Positions 18,150 through 26,745 of a stretch of 34,397 nt of DNA are shown here, piece by piece (position 1 is the stretch's first letter; each line of letters starts with the position of its first letter). Source of the stretch: a bacterium (GTDB lineage: Bacteria; Bacillota_I; Bacilli_A; RFN20; CAG-826); the NCBI GenBank assembly GCA_963638955.1, contig CAVHTL010000003.1:6310-40706 (forward strand), read 5' to 3'. Both the position numbers and the translations under genes were made by a program. The notes under the pieces were generated by a model. It was not told the DNA's origin. It did no database searches and saw nothing but the letters and a program-made list of their open reading frames with translations.

Positions 18150-18184
18150 TTCAAAGAAATAGGCGACCGAACTCGGCCGCCTAT
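18150..18184 (-). terminator. Intercistronic hairpin / partial terminator between oppA and oppB
   Basis: Minus strand ATAGGCGGCCG-AGTT-CGGTCGCCTAT (11-bp stem, one mismatch) followed by TTCTTTG, starting 16 nt after the oppA stop. Confidence 0.5.
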
Positions 18185-18199
18185 TGATTAACAAGGAGG

Positions 18200-21043
18200 T
18201 CAGTTCCTCCAACCAGCGTAGAGGTCGGAGAGTTTGCCCCCGTTAGAGGAGACGAATTCCTTCCACCCCGCATTGGTGTAATTGAAGCGGAGGAAACGGA
18301 TTCCGCCGTAACCGACGAGGTTGATGTAGTTCTTCGTCGCGTTCTCGACTTTGAAGCCGGTGAGCGATGAAGAGCCTCTAGCGACGATCGGGATGGCTTC
18401 ATATCGGTTCACGATGCCAGCCTCGGTCCCAGCAAGGACGGTGAGCTTCTTTTCGTGAAGCTCTTTCCATTTCGCGTGCTCGGCTTGTTTGGCTTCGGAA
18501 AGAGATTTGGCGTCTTCGTCATTGACTTTGACATCATCTGAGTATTCGCCTTCTGCTAAATCATCATTCATGACGTGGTACCAGCCGTCGTAAGTGTTGA
18601 CTTCGTCGTCTGTCTGCTTTCCATCGCCATTCAAATCAATCCAGAGATCTTCTTGATCCTGTTTGCCTTTGAAGCCGTATTCGCAGCAATTGGTGAAGGT
18701 TTTATCGAGATATACCTGCATGAGTCCGTAAGGATCGATGGCGGCTCCGCCCCAGATGGAGAAGATCATATCGCTTCCGCCATTGCGGGCGGTGGTGTAG
18801 TAGTCTTCGTCTTTGACGAGGCTGATGTTGATCGATAATCCTTTGCCGTTCAATAAGGAAGCATCTTCCTCGTTTAACTCACTCACGGCATCGGCAAGGA
18901 GGGTGCTCCAAGCGGTGCTGATGAAGGTGTGCATCTCTTTGGTGGTATCGCTCGTGTTATCGTAGACACGGAACTCGATATCGATTGTATCGCCTGGCTG
19001 GAGATGCTTGCTTGCACTGCTCTTGATTTCCTCTTTGATGCCCTCTTTGAGGTAATATTTGGCCCAAGCGTAGTTATAGCCGTTTTCGCTCTTGCTTAAG
19101 GCAGAGGTCGTTGAATCGGTTGGCTCTCCGCCGAGCTCGCCATAGATTTGATTGTAGACGGACTGGCCTTGCGCGGTGTCGCGATACATCTCGCCAGTCA
19201 CGTTATTGGCGAGATATAGGCTATTGAGAAGACCTGTGAAAGCCTGTGAGCCAGCGGTGGTCTGCGAGGCAAAGTTGTTGCGGTCTAAGCCGAGAGAAAG
19301 GCCTTTGCGGAAATTCTTGTTCGCGATGACGGTCTTGTTTTTGCCGCTTTCGAGTTGACGGTCCGCGAGTTTGCTGCGATCGGTATTGAAACTGATTTTT
19401 TGGGTGTAAGACTCGAGAGTGGTGGTGCGGCGAGTGGAATTGCCGTAGGTCTTCATGTTGTCTTTGTTGAGGTCGATATCGTCGAGGTTGCCCGCCATGA
19501 ACTCGCTGACCGCGGTGTCATGGGTTTTGATGATGCGGGTGTAGATTTTCGTCATCTTGTATTGCTCGGCATCATCTCCTGTGTATTCGGAGAATTGGGC
19601 TTTGTAAGATTCGTCGGTATAGCCATACCACTGATCGTTTTTCTCGATGGTGATGGCTTGGTCTGTCACGAAAGCCGTGAGCTTATAGGCGCCGTAGGAT
19701 TTGTAGTTGTCGGTGCTAGCAGAAGCGTAGGAAGTCATCCAAGAGGAAGAGGAATTCTTCTTGGTGAGCCTCTCGTAGAGTTCTACATTGACGAGCCAGT
19801 TGCTCGAGAGCTGGAATTTGAGATCGAGCTCGGAGATGGATTTGCTTAGATATAGGCGCAATGTGTAGTCGTCTTTGGCTTGGACGCCGACATTATCCAT
19901 TGTCACGCCGGTTTTCTTATGGGTAACGTATTCACAAAGCGGGATTTTCCAAACCCAGCTCTTCGAGGCCCAGTTGGCGGAAGAAGAAAGTTCCGAGACA
20001 ACGGTCTTCAAATCGTTTTTGAGCTTGGTCGTGGTGTAGCGTTCAGTGGTATCGCTGCTATTGCGGGAAGAGGTGGTGAAAACCTCATTCTTGTCGAAAT
20101 CGTCGATGCAGAAAGGCTTCATGGTCGCAAGCATTGTCTGAGTGACGCTGTCGGCCTTCTTGATATCGTCCCACTTGTCTTTGTTGTCGGATTTCTCACT
20201 TTCGTTTCCGAATTTCCAATAGTAATAGGAGACGCCGAGCGTGATACGTTTCGCGGCAAGCTCAAGAGCGTCGCTCCCTGGAGTGCTGCGCGAATTCAAG
20301 ACGGTGTAGAAAGTGATGGTGTCGCTCGAGCCGCTTGAAGAGAAAATCGAATTGCCGTAAGTCGATTCGCCTTGGGCCAAGTCAAGATAGTATTTGCCTT
20401 GGGAGTCAAGTTTATCGCCGTTCTCGTCGTAAAGGTTGCCATCGGCGTTGCCGGCGGTGAGATAACCGAAAATAGGCTCAAGGACCTGACGGCCGTTCTT
20501 GTAATAGTTTTCGGCGTTAGCGATGACGAAATTGCCGTTGTAGTAGCTATCGGCGCGGTAGTTGGCGTATTGCGGTTTAAGAAGGAGATCCATCGAATCG
20601 ACGTAATCCTTCGCGGTGATGGCTTTGCCGTCTTCCCATTTGGCCGTTTTCCTTAAAGGAATATCCCAGATCATGCCGTTAGATGGCTCGCGGCCGTTGA
20701 AATAATTCGCCTTGATGGAATCGTATTCATCGGCATCGAGATCGGAAGGATCGATGGCGATAGGCATTTCGCTAGCCATTTCGCTGACGAACTTGTAGCC
20801 ATCGTGGGTGGCATTCATGACAACGTCATACAAGCCATCTTCGGTGAAACTTTGGATATAACTCTCATCGCTTGTCTCCCAGTTGTGGACGTTCCACTTG
20901 GAAGGGGAGGTAGAGAGATAGGTGTTGTAGGTGTAGCCATCTGGGTCATCGCTCTTCTCGCTCGAGCAGGCTGCCAAAGCGGCGACGCCTGCTGCGGAGA
21001 GAAAGAGGAAGCCAATGACTTTGTTTCTTTTCTTTGCGTTCAT
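18200..21043 (-). CDS. oppA: Oligopeptide-binding lipoprotein OppA (family-5 SBP, enlarged)
   Basis: 947 aa. Signal peptide with lipobox LAA-C26. Position directly upstream of oppBCDF, with SBP-5-like segments (e.g. KFQLSSNW, YGAYKL, RKGLSLGLDR). AAGGAG RBS. Confidence 0.75.
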   Translation of the reverse strand: MNAKKRNKVIGFLFLSAAGVAALAACSSEKSDDPDGYTYNTYLSTSPSKWNVHNWETSDESYIQSFTEDGLYDVVMNATHDGYKFVSEMASEMPIAIDPSDLDADEYDSIKANYFNGREPSNGMIWDIPLRKTAKWEDGKAITAKDYVDSMDLLLKPQYANYRADSYYNGNFVIANAENYYKNGRQVLEPIFGYLTAGNADGNLYDENGDKLDSQGKYYLDLAQGESTYGNSIFSSSGSSDTITFYTVLNSRSTPGSDALELAAKRITLGVSYYYWKFGNESEKSDNKDKWDDIKKADSVTQTMLATMKPFCIDDFDKNEVFTTSSRNSSDTTERYTTTKLKNDLKTVVSELSSSANWASKSWVWKIPLCEYVTHKKTGVTMDNVGVQAKDDYTLRLYLSKSISELDLKFQLSSNWLVNVELYERLTKKNSSSSWMTSYASASTDNYKSYGAYKLTAFVTDQAITIEKNDQWYGYTDESYKAQFSEYTGDDAEQYKMTKIYTRIIKTHDTAVSEFMAGNLDDIDLNKDNMKTYGNSTRRTTTLESYTQKISFNTDRSKLADRQLESGKNKTVIANKNFRKGLSLGLDRNNFASQTTAGSQAFTGLLNSLYLANNVTGEMYRDTAQGQSVYNQIYGELGGEPTDSTTSALSKSENGYNYAWAKYYLKEGIKEEIKSSASKHLQPGDTIDIEFRVYDNTSDTTKEMHTFISTAWSTLLADAVSELNEEDASLLNGKGLSINISLVKDEDYYTTARNGGSDMIFSIWGGAAIDPYGLMQVYLDKTFTNCCEYGFKGKQDQEDLWIDLNGDGKQTDDEVNTYDGWYHVMNDDLAEGEYSDDVKVNDEDAKSLSEAKQAEHAKWKELHEKKLTVLAGTEAGIVNRYEAIPIVARGSSSLTGFKVENATKNYINLVGYGGIRFLRFNYTNAGWKEFVSSNGGKLSDLYAGWRN

Positions 21044-21092
21044 TGATTGCTCCTTAATTTATATAGGATTTATAGATGCGTGAGGGTGAAAA

Positions 21093-22958
21093 TTAGGCAA
21101 CGGTCGTCGTGACGTTATCGTAAGAAGAGAAATCATTCGTGGTGGTGCCGATTTCACTCACTGCGTATTCGAACATTATGTAAGGTTGGTCGATGCCGCT
21201 GAAGGGCAAGCCCACGAGAGCGTTGACGACGATTTCGTTAGTCGAAGTATTGACGGAGACCAAGGAATAGGTCGCGGCGAAGGTAAGTGAGCCCGTGCTT
21301 CCGTCGGTGTATGGGACGCCGCCATCTTCAGTCAAAGAGGTGCCGGTACCGTTTGAGTATGGCGTGTATGACATTTGATCGAAGAGCCCAGCGAAGAAAC
21401 CGTTGGTTTGGACGCCACCAACGTTATCGCCGACGTTTCCGGCATAGAAGACATAATCTCCTTCGGTCAACTTCTGGCTCCAGTCGACGTCATCGATCGT
21501 ATCGAGATCGACGTTGTCGGCCATGTAAGTCTTGAATAAGCTGAGAAGCTTGCCCTCGCCATCTTCCGTCTTGGTGATTTCTTCCGGGACTTCCTTGTCA
21601 TCTTTGTCAGTGGTGGCAGCAGAATAGGTTCCCACATAATATTTGCCGTCCTCGTCTTTCCAATAAGCTGCGGACGAGACAAGCTCATCGTCTAGATAAG
21701 CGACTGTTTCGATATCGGTCGCGCTTGTGATGGTGTTCTCTTCTTTAATGGCGCTCTTAGTCCCTAAGAAGTAATACATCGCGCTCGTATCTGAAATATC
21801 GTCTATATCTAAAGCGTCGCCATTCTCGTCGCAAGCATAGATTTTCATCGTGGTCGTGTAATTCGCTTGTTCGATGATGGATTTGAAGGCGATGGCGATT
21901 TCTGGCGAGGAAATCTTCGCTGGGACATAAGAATCGTTCTTGGTAGCGACTTCAAGCGAATCCCAGGTGCAGCTCCCGACTTCAGAGATTTTGACCGAGC
22001 ACCATTCTTGATCGGTGTAGATTGTTCCGTCCGTTCCAGGCCCATCGACCGTGAGTCTTGCGTAGAGAGCGTCAGTCTCTCCGTCTCCGTCTTCGTCGAC
22101 GAGGTCTAAGACGTAGAAGCTATTTTCGGTATAGCCGCTTCTGTCCGGGAAGCTAGAGACGCCGTAATTGAGCAATTTTCTGACTTCGGTGGCTCCGCCG
22201 ATGAGTATTTCTTTGCCAGAGACATCATCGATAACGGAGGTGAAAGATCCGCCATCGAGGATCAACGAACCGCCGATGTAGTAGTTATCCATGCTGACCT
22301 TCCCGTTTTGGAAGACCGGCTTCTCATCGGCGTCGAAATAGCCAAAGTAACCATTTCCGTCGCTCAAATTGGCGATGATGAAGGATTCGGACTCGCCGTC
22401 TTTGTCCACGGCACCCACGTCTTCGGCGTCGAAAGCAGCGACGTAGTTCGGATTGTGGATGATGGTCTCGTTGCCATAGGTCCATTCGCCGCTGTCATCA
22501 TCGTATTCGCCGATGTCGAGGCGGTAGTTCTTGCCATCGCTTTCCTCAAATTTGGCGAAGAAGTTGATGAGCTTCATGTTGTAGGCGCTCTTGACGGAGA
22601 GAGTGATGTATTTGTCTTTGTCGTTGACGGCGAGCTTCAATTCGTATTCGCCGACCTCGCTGGCTTTGACTTTATGCCCGTCGATAGTAACCTTCTCATC
22701 ATCGCAGAAGACGGTGTATTTGTGAGTGATGGAGCTATCCGCATCGTCCATGACGACTTGGAAATACTCATCGAGATCGACTTCTTCATTGACCGCGACA
22801 TAAGAAAGCGTCTTATCTGTTGAAGAGATGGCATAGACATCGCCATCGACTTGGATGACGCCGTTGCTGTCGTATTTCTCTCCGGTGGTGCAACCGGTGA
22901 GCAGCCCGCCGAGCAATGTGAGTCCGGCAAGCACGAATAATTTCTTATTTAATTTCAT
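21093..22958 (-). CDS. Acidic lipoprotein of unknown function, first gene of the opp operon
   Basis: Likely start is ATG 22956-22958 (MKLNKK; GAGAAAGGA upstream) rather than 22991. Lipobox LTG-C23. 621 aa, very D/E-rich, no motif I recognise. Confidence 0.6.
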   Translation of the reverse strand: MKLNKKLFVLAGLTLLGGLLTGCTTGEKYDSNGVIQVDGDVYAISSTDKTLSYVAVNEEVDLDEYFQVVMDDADSSITHKYTVFCDDEKVTIDGHKVKASEVGEYELKLAVNDKDKYITLSVKSAYNMKLINFFAKFEESDGKNYRLDIGEYDDDSGEWTYGNETIIHNPNYVAAFDAEDVGAVDKDGESESFIIANLSDGNGYFGYFDADEKPVFQNGKVSMDNYYIGGSLILDGGSFTSVIDDVSGKEILIGGATEVRKLLNYGVSSFPDRSGYTENSFYVLDLVDEDGDGETDALYARLTVDGPGTDGTIYTDQEWCSVKISEVGSCTWDSLEVATKNDSYVPAKISSPEIAIAFKSIIEQANYTTTMKIYACDENGDALDIDDISDTSAMYYFLGTKSAIKEENTITSATDIETVAYLDDELVSSAAYWKDEDGKYYVGTYSAATTDKDDKEVPEEITKTEDGEGKLLSLFKTYMADNVDLDTIDDVDWSQKLTEGDYVFYAGNVGDNVGGVQTNGFFAGLFDQMSYTPYSNGTGTSLTEDGGVPYTDGSTGSLTFAATYSLVSVNTSTNEIVVNALVGLPFSGIDQPYIMFEYAVSEIGTTTNDFSSYDNVTTTVA

Positions 22959-23634
22959 AATTAATAATTGCGTCCTTTCTCCGCAAAACAATAAGTAAGA
23001 ATATGCGCAGTCTTTGAATTTTCAATTTTTATTTTCGTTTTTTGCATATCGTTACAGTGTAAGGGCTTACATCATGCATTTATAAGCGTTTTTTCATTTT
23101 TAAAACGCTCGGTAATTTTCTGTTTTTTGGGTTAAAAATGAGCAATCGCCTAAAAAAGATAATTTAGAGAAAACGGTTAAGCAAAAACCATTCCATCAAA
23201 GTAGCGAAAACCGCGATTGAAAAGAAGGAAAATCGTTTATTTCTCAAAAAACTAATTTAAGAAAACAGATTTATTTCCGCTTGTTTAGCGGAGCGTCAAA
23301 ATCTCGCCTTATCCATCCTTTTTTCTTGATTGGGATGACGCATCGCTTAGATCACTAAAGCCTCCTCTATCGTTGGTGGTTTGTCTCCTGTTCTGGGTCG
23401 ACAAAGCCAGTCTCCGTTCCATTTTGAACGCTCAAAACAGTCAAAACATCAAATAACAGGTCCCTTGAGTTCGTTAATGAAATGACGAACTTCATGAAAT
23501 CGGATACCAATGAATGAAAAAACGATTTCTGGAATTTGAACGTTTGCTTGCAAAGTAACGAGAAAGAGGCAAATTGCTTGCAATAAGAGACGCCTCAAGG
23601 ATAATTATGCGAGTCGCTTCGAGGTTAGAGAATT

Positions 23635-25374
23635 ATGAAAAAGAGAAACACGCTGCTAATTATGGGTCTATTTGCTTCATCTTTGACTCTTTCAAGCTGC
23701 GATGGTGGTTTCTTTCCGAGTTTCTCTTACAAGAGTTCATCCGTTTCTTATAGCGGCTCATCCGCCTCTATTAGCGGCTCATCTGTTTCTTCTAGCGGTT
23801 CCATCGGAAATGTCTCTTATTCCACTAGCCTTGTTGATGAGGCGTATTACGAAGCTAGCCTATCCTCTTTCCAGAAAATGAGTTTCGTGGAGCACGGCGA
23901 ATACGGATCGCTTGGCGCGGGAAGTATGCCCTCAACCGGAACGACGAAACTGCTTGTGATACCGGTCTATTTTAATGGGCTTTTGGATCCTAAGCCGAGC
24001 GATGATGATATCGCTAATATCGAATCGGCTTTCTTTGGGGCAAAAGAGGAAACGGGCTGGGAGTCGCTCAAAAGCTATTACAAAACCTCTTCTTACGGGA
24101 ATCTCGATATCGAAGGCGTGGTCACCGCGCCTTATAAGTTCTCTTATTCTTCCGACTCCTTTCAAAGCGCCTGCAAAAGCGGGAGGCTCGGCACCGACGA
24201 TTTGCTGAGCGCAGCAGTCAGCTGGGCCGAAGGGGAAGGATATGTCGACGATTCTTTTGACGCGGACAAAGACGGATATCTAGATGGGGTCGATCTCATT
24301 TATTTCACCAACAAGACCTATAACGATTATTCGGATCTCTGGTGGGCTTTCACGACCAACTACAGCGAAAACGAAGGGAAGGCGGATGCTTCTTCGCCTG
24401 TCCCATACCGTTATTTCTGGGCCCCGATGAGCATGATAAGCAATGGATATTATTCGCCTGATATCGATACCCATACTCTCGTCCACGAAACGGGTCACAT
24501 GATGGGGCTAGATGACTATTACTCCTATGATACCGTCGAAATAAGGAATAGCACCTATTCTTCCGAAGCCCCGTGCGGTATGGTCGATATGATGGATTGC
24601 AACGTCGGCGATCACGATGCTTATAGCAAGATGATGCTCGGCTGGGCGGCGCCGAAAGTGGTTCTTGGCGAAGGGAGTTTCTCTATTACCTTGAACAGTT
24701 TCACCGAGACTGGCGATTTCTTGCTCGTGCCATCAGGCTCATGGAATGGCACCCCATACGATGAATATCTGATCCTCCAATATTACACGCCGACTGGCTT
24801 AAACGAGGGGGATAGCGATGGCTACGAGGAATTCTCCAACGCCGCATATGGGCATGGGGGCACCTACTCCTATAGTGGTCTTCAGGTTTATCACGTCGAT
24901 GCCCGGCTTGCGCAGTATGATGCAGTGAGCGAAAGAGGCGGCTACGTCTATAAAAACCTCCGTTACAGCGATGATCCTTTGACTTACCAAAAAGACAACG
25001 GCGATTCCACCTATACCTTTAATCTGCAGATTGCGGCGAGCAACACCGGCTCTTATTCAATCGATGTGGGGAAAGGGCTTAGCTACAACAGCAAGACAGA
25101 GCAATACTACCTCAATTACCTCTCCGAGAACCGTCTTATCACTTTCATCCCAGGCGATGGATCGGACGATTTCTTAAGCTACGGCTACGAAGGTAATTTC
25201 GGAAAAAGCGGGCTGCTTTTCACCGAAAACGGGAATTCGACCTACACGAACGAAAAGATGCATGACTGTTATCAAAACGATGGCAAGTTCAATAACGGGA
25301 CGCTCTTCCCGTATACTTTTTCAGTGAGCGAGCAGACCTCTTCCTCGATCAAAGTGACTTTCACTCATTTGTGA
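23635..25374 (+). CDS. Lipoprotein zinc metallopeptidase, paralog of 9958-11667
   Basis: 579 aa. Lipobox LSS-C22, Ser-rich linker, LVHETGHMMGLDDYYSYD (His codon at 24484-24486). Shares blocks LLV(A/I)P, D(L)I(W/Y), WWA(Y/F), NVGDH..YSK...GW and VxHVDAR with the other protease. Confidence 0.7.
   Translation: MKKRNTLLIMGLFASSLTLSSCDGGFFPSFSYKSSSVSYSGSSASISGSSVSSSGSIGNVSYSTSLVDEAYYEASLSSFQKMSFVEHGEYGSLGAGSMPSTGTTKLLVIPVYFNGLLDPKPSDDDIANIESAFFGAKEETGWESLKSYYKTSSYGNLDIEGVVTAPYKFSYSSDSFQSACKSGRLGTDDLLSAAVSWAEGEGYVDDSFDADKDGYLDGVDLIYFTNKTYNDYSDLWWAFTTNYSENEGKADASSPVPYRYFWAPMSMISNGYYSPDIDTHTLVHETGHMMGLDDYYSYDTVEIRNSTYSSEAPCGMVDMMDCNVGDHDAYSKMMLGWAAPKVVLGEGSFSITLNSFTETGDFLLVPSGSWNGTPYDEYLILQYYTPTGLNEGDSDGYEEFSNAAYGHGGTYSYSGLQVYHVDARLAQYDAVSERGGYVYKNLRYSDDPLTYQKDNGDSTYTFNLQIAASNTGSYSIDVGKGLSYNSKTEQYYLNYLSENRLITFIPGDGSDDFLSYGYEGNFGKSGLLFTENGNSTYTNEKMHDCYQNDGKFNNGTLFPYTFSVSEQTSSSIKVTFTHL
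23749..23811 (+). repeat. Three imperfect 21-bp tandem repeats inside the Ser-rich linker of the protease lipoprotein
   Basis: TATAGCGGCTCATCCGCCTCT / ATTAGCGGCTCATCTGTTTCT / TCTAGCGGTTCCATCGGAAAT, encoding YSGSSAS-ISGSSVS-SSGSIGN. Confidence 0.6.
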
Positions 25375-25432
25375 TAGGCGGTTAAAAGAACTTATTAGCA
25401 GCGCTTTGCTTAAGCTCTATCGGTTATTTTCA

Positions 25433-26116
25433 TTATGAATAATCGAATGTGCTGACGGTCAAAGCGCCAGCGGAAGAGCCACCGATATAGAATCCGGTTT
25501 TGGATGCCGTTATGTCGTAATCCTTAAGAGAGATATCGATGGTTTGCGCGCTTCCGCCGTTTGAAAAAATAACGAATGTGGATTCATCGGCGAAGTGCTC
25601 TGCATCGATATCGATTTTGTATTGATTCTCGCCATAGGCGTTTTTGCTTATATGCTCCATTCTTTTCCCTGGCCAATCAGCGTTTTTGTTCGCGCCATTC
25701 CAGATATAGGCATAAGGCGTCCACCAATTTCGGGTATCGGTGAAGTAAAGAGAATAAGTAAGCGAAATGGATGCATCGGCAGGGGAGTAGAGCAAAGAAT
25801 ATGTCCCTTTGAAATAAAGGCTCAACGAGGAGCTTATCTTCTCTCCGGCTCCGGATTTGATGGCGATATTCGTTTTCGAAGCCTTGCTTCTGCTTTGCGA
25901 ATATTCGATTGAATACTCGCCGTTTTCTTTTAGGCTCATCTCCCCGTATTTCATCTCGTCCACCCACAAATAAGCGGAATCGCAGAGCCTTATTCTCGCT
26001 CCGATAGGATTCGCTTTATCATCCACAGTCAAGGAGGCGTAGACGCTCCCGAATAGCAAAGCGCAGGAAAGTAAGAGGCCGCTCAATAAGATGGTTTTCC
26101 TAATTCTTCGCCCCAT
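25433..26116 (-). CDS. Secreted protein with SipW-cognate-like N-terminus and aromatic carbohydrate-binding-like module
   Basis: 227 aa. Signal region ends FGSVYASLTVDDKANPIGARI, parallel to the 26802-28010 product. C-terminal YAYIWNGANKNADWPGKRM...FVIFSNGGSAQTIDI block. Its start overlaps the signal peptidase gene by 17 nt. Confidence 0.65.
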   Translation of the reverse strand: MGRRIRKTILLSGLLLSCALLFGSVYASLTVDDKANPIGARIRLCDSAYLWVDEMKYGEMSLKENGEYSIEYSQSRSKASKTNIAIKSGAGEKISSSLSLYFKGTYSLLYSPADASISLTYSLYFTDTRNWWTPYAYIWNGANKNADWPGKRMEHISKNAYGENQYKIDIDAEHFADESTFVIFSNGGSAQTIDISLKDYDITASKTGFYIGGSSAGALTVSTFDYS

Positions 26117-26738
26117 CTATTTTCTCCTCGCCTTCTTTCGTTTTGCTTTTCTTTTTCTCTTTGCCGAGAAAGAAATCGAGCAAGAGAAGAATGAATATGG
26201 CTCCGACCCCGAATAGCATTCCGTAGAACGATTGGAGGAAGGCTAGGACGTAGCCCATTTTCGGGAGCATGCCGACTTTTTTGGCTATGAGCATGCTGCG
26301 CGGGAAAGCGCCATCTCCGCTTGAAGAAGAGGCGGTATCGGCCCGTAAGAGATAACGGGTGGTTCCATCTCTTTCGATGATGTCCACGATGCGATGGATT
26401 GTTAGATTCCCGGTGTCTGGATGAAGGAACATCACGCAGTCATAGACATTTAATTCGGTATTTTCATCGATTTTCACCGAATAGACGATATCGCCCTTCT
26501 CGAACTGGTCATCGTGCCCGCTTAAAAAGGACTGGATATCGCTATCGGGGTTTTTGCTCGACATGGAATCGCTTGCGACGACATCGCTTCTTATGCCGAA
26601 CAAATATATGGAATTGCCGCTTAGCTTGACGGCGATTTCGTAAGAGATAAAAAGAAAGAGAAGCAAGGATATCGTAACGGTGAGAATATCGATTGCTTTC
26701 GCTTTCTTTTTGCCTTTTTGAAGTTTCTTTTCATCCAT
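26100..26738 (-). CDS. sipW: Signal peptidase I, ER/archaeal (SipW) type
   Basis: 212 aa. N-terminal TM, catalytic-Ser box ASDSMS, His box LTIHRIVDI, LLRADTASSS (in place of KxKGDNN), LPKMGYVLAFL and a C-terminal TM plus K/E tail. This is the SipW architecture as I recall it from B. subtilis. Confidence 0.75.
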   Translation of the reverse strand: MDEKKLQKGKKKAKAIDILTVTISLLLFLFISYEIAVKLSGNSIYLFGIRSDVVASDSMSSKNPDSDIQSFLSGHDDQFEKGDIVYSVKIDENTELNVYDCVMFLHPDTGNLTIHRIVDIIERDGTTRYLLRADTASSSSGDGAFPRSMLIAKKVGMLPKMGYVLAFLQSFYGMLFGVGAIFILLLLDFFLGKEKKKSKTKEGEEKIDGAKN

Positions 26739-26745
26739 AAGAACG

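Noticed and set aside
18575-22823. Numerous 60-170-aa ORFs antisense to oppA and the acidic lipoprotein (e.g. 19355-19849, 19880-20338, 22308-22823)
   Set aside because: These are typical antisense open frames opposite D/E/K-rich genes. None has a start context or a recognisable motif, and the sense-strand genes are continuous and well supported.
23010-23540. CodY-box-like AT-rich sequences (e.g. AATTTTCAATTTTTA near 23016 and ATTTCTGGAATTT near 23525) in the opp/protease control region
   Set aside because: They match only 9-10 of 15 positions of AATTTTCWGAAAATT. In a region this AT-rich, such matches are expected by chance.
25433-26116. Possible lipobox (LLSC) in the signal region of the 227-aa secreted protein
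   Set aside because: The residue at position -2 (Leu) does not fit the lipobox consensus, and the hydrophobic region continues past the Cys. The shared YA..V(D/N)D.ANP junction with the neighbouring protein is a better explanation of the N-terminus.
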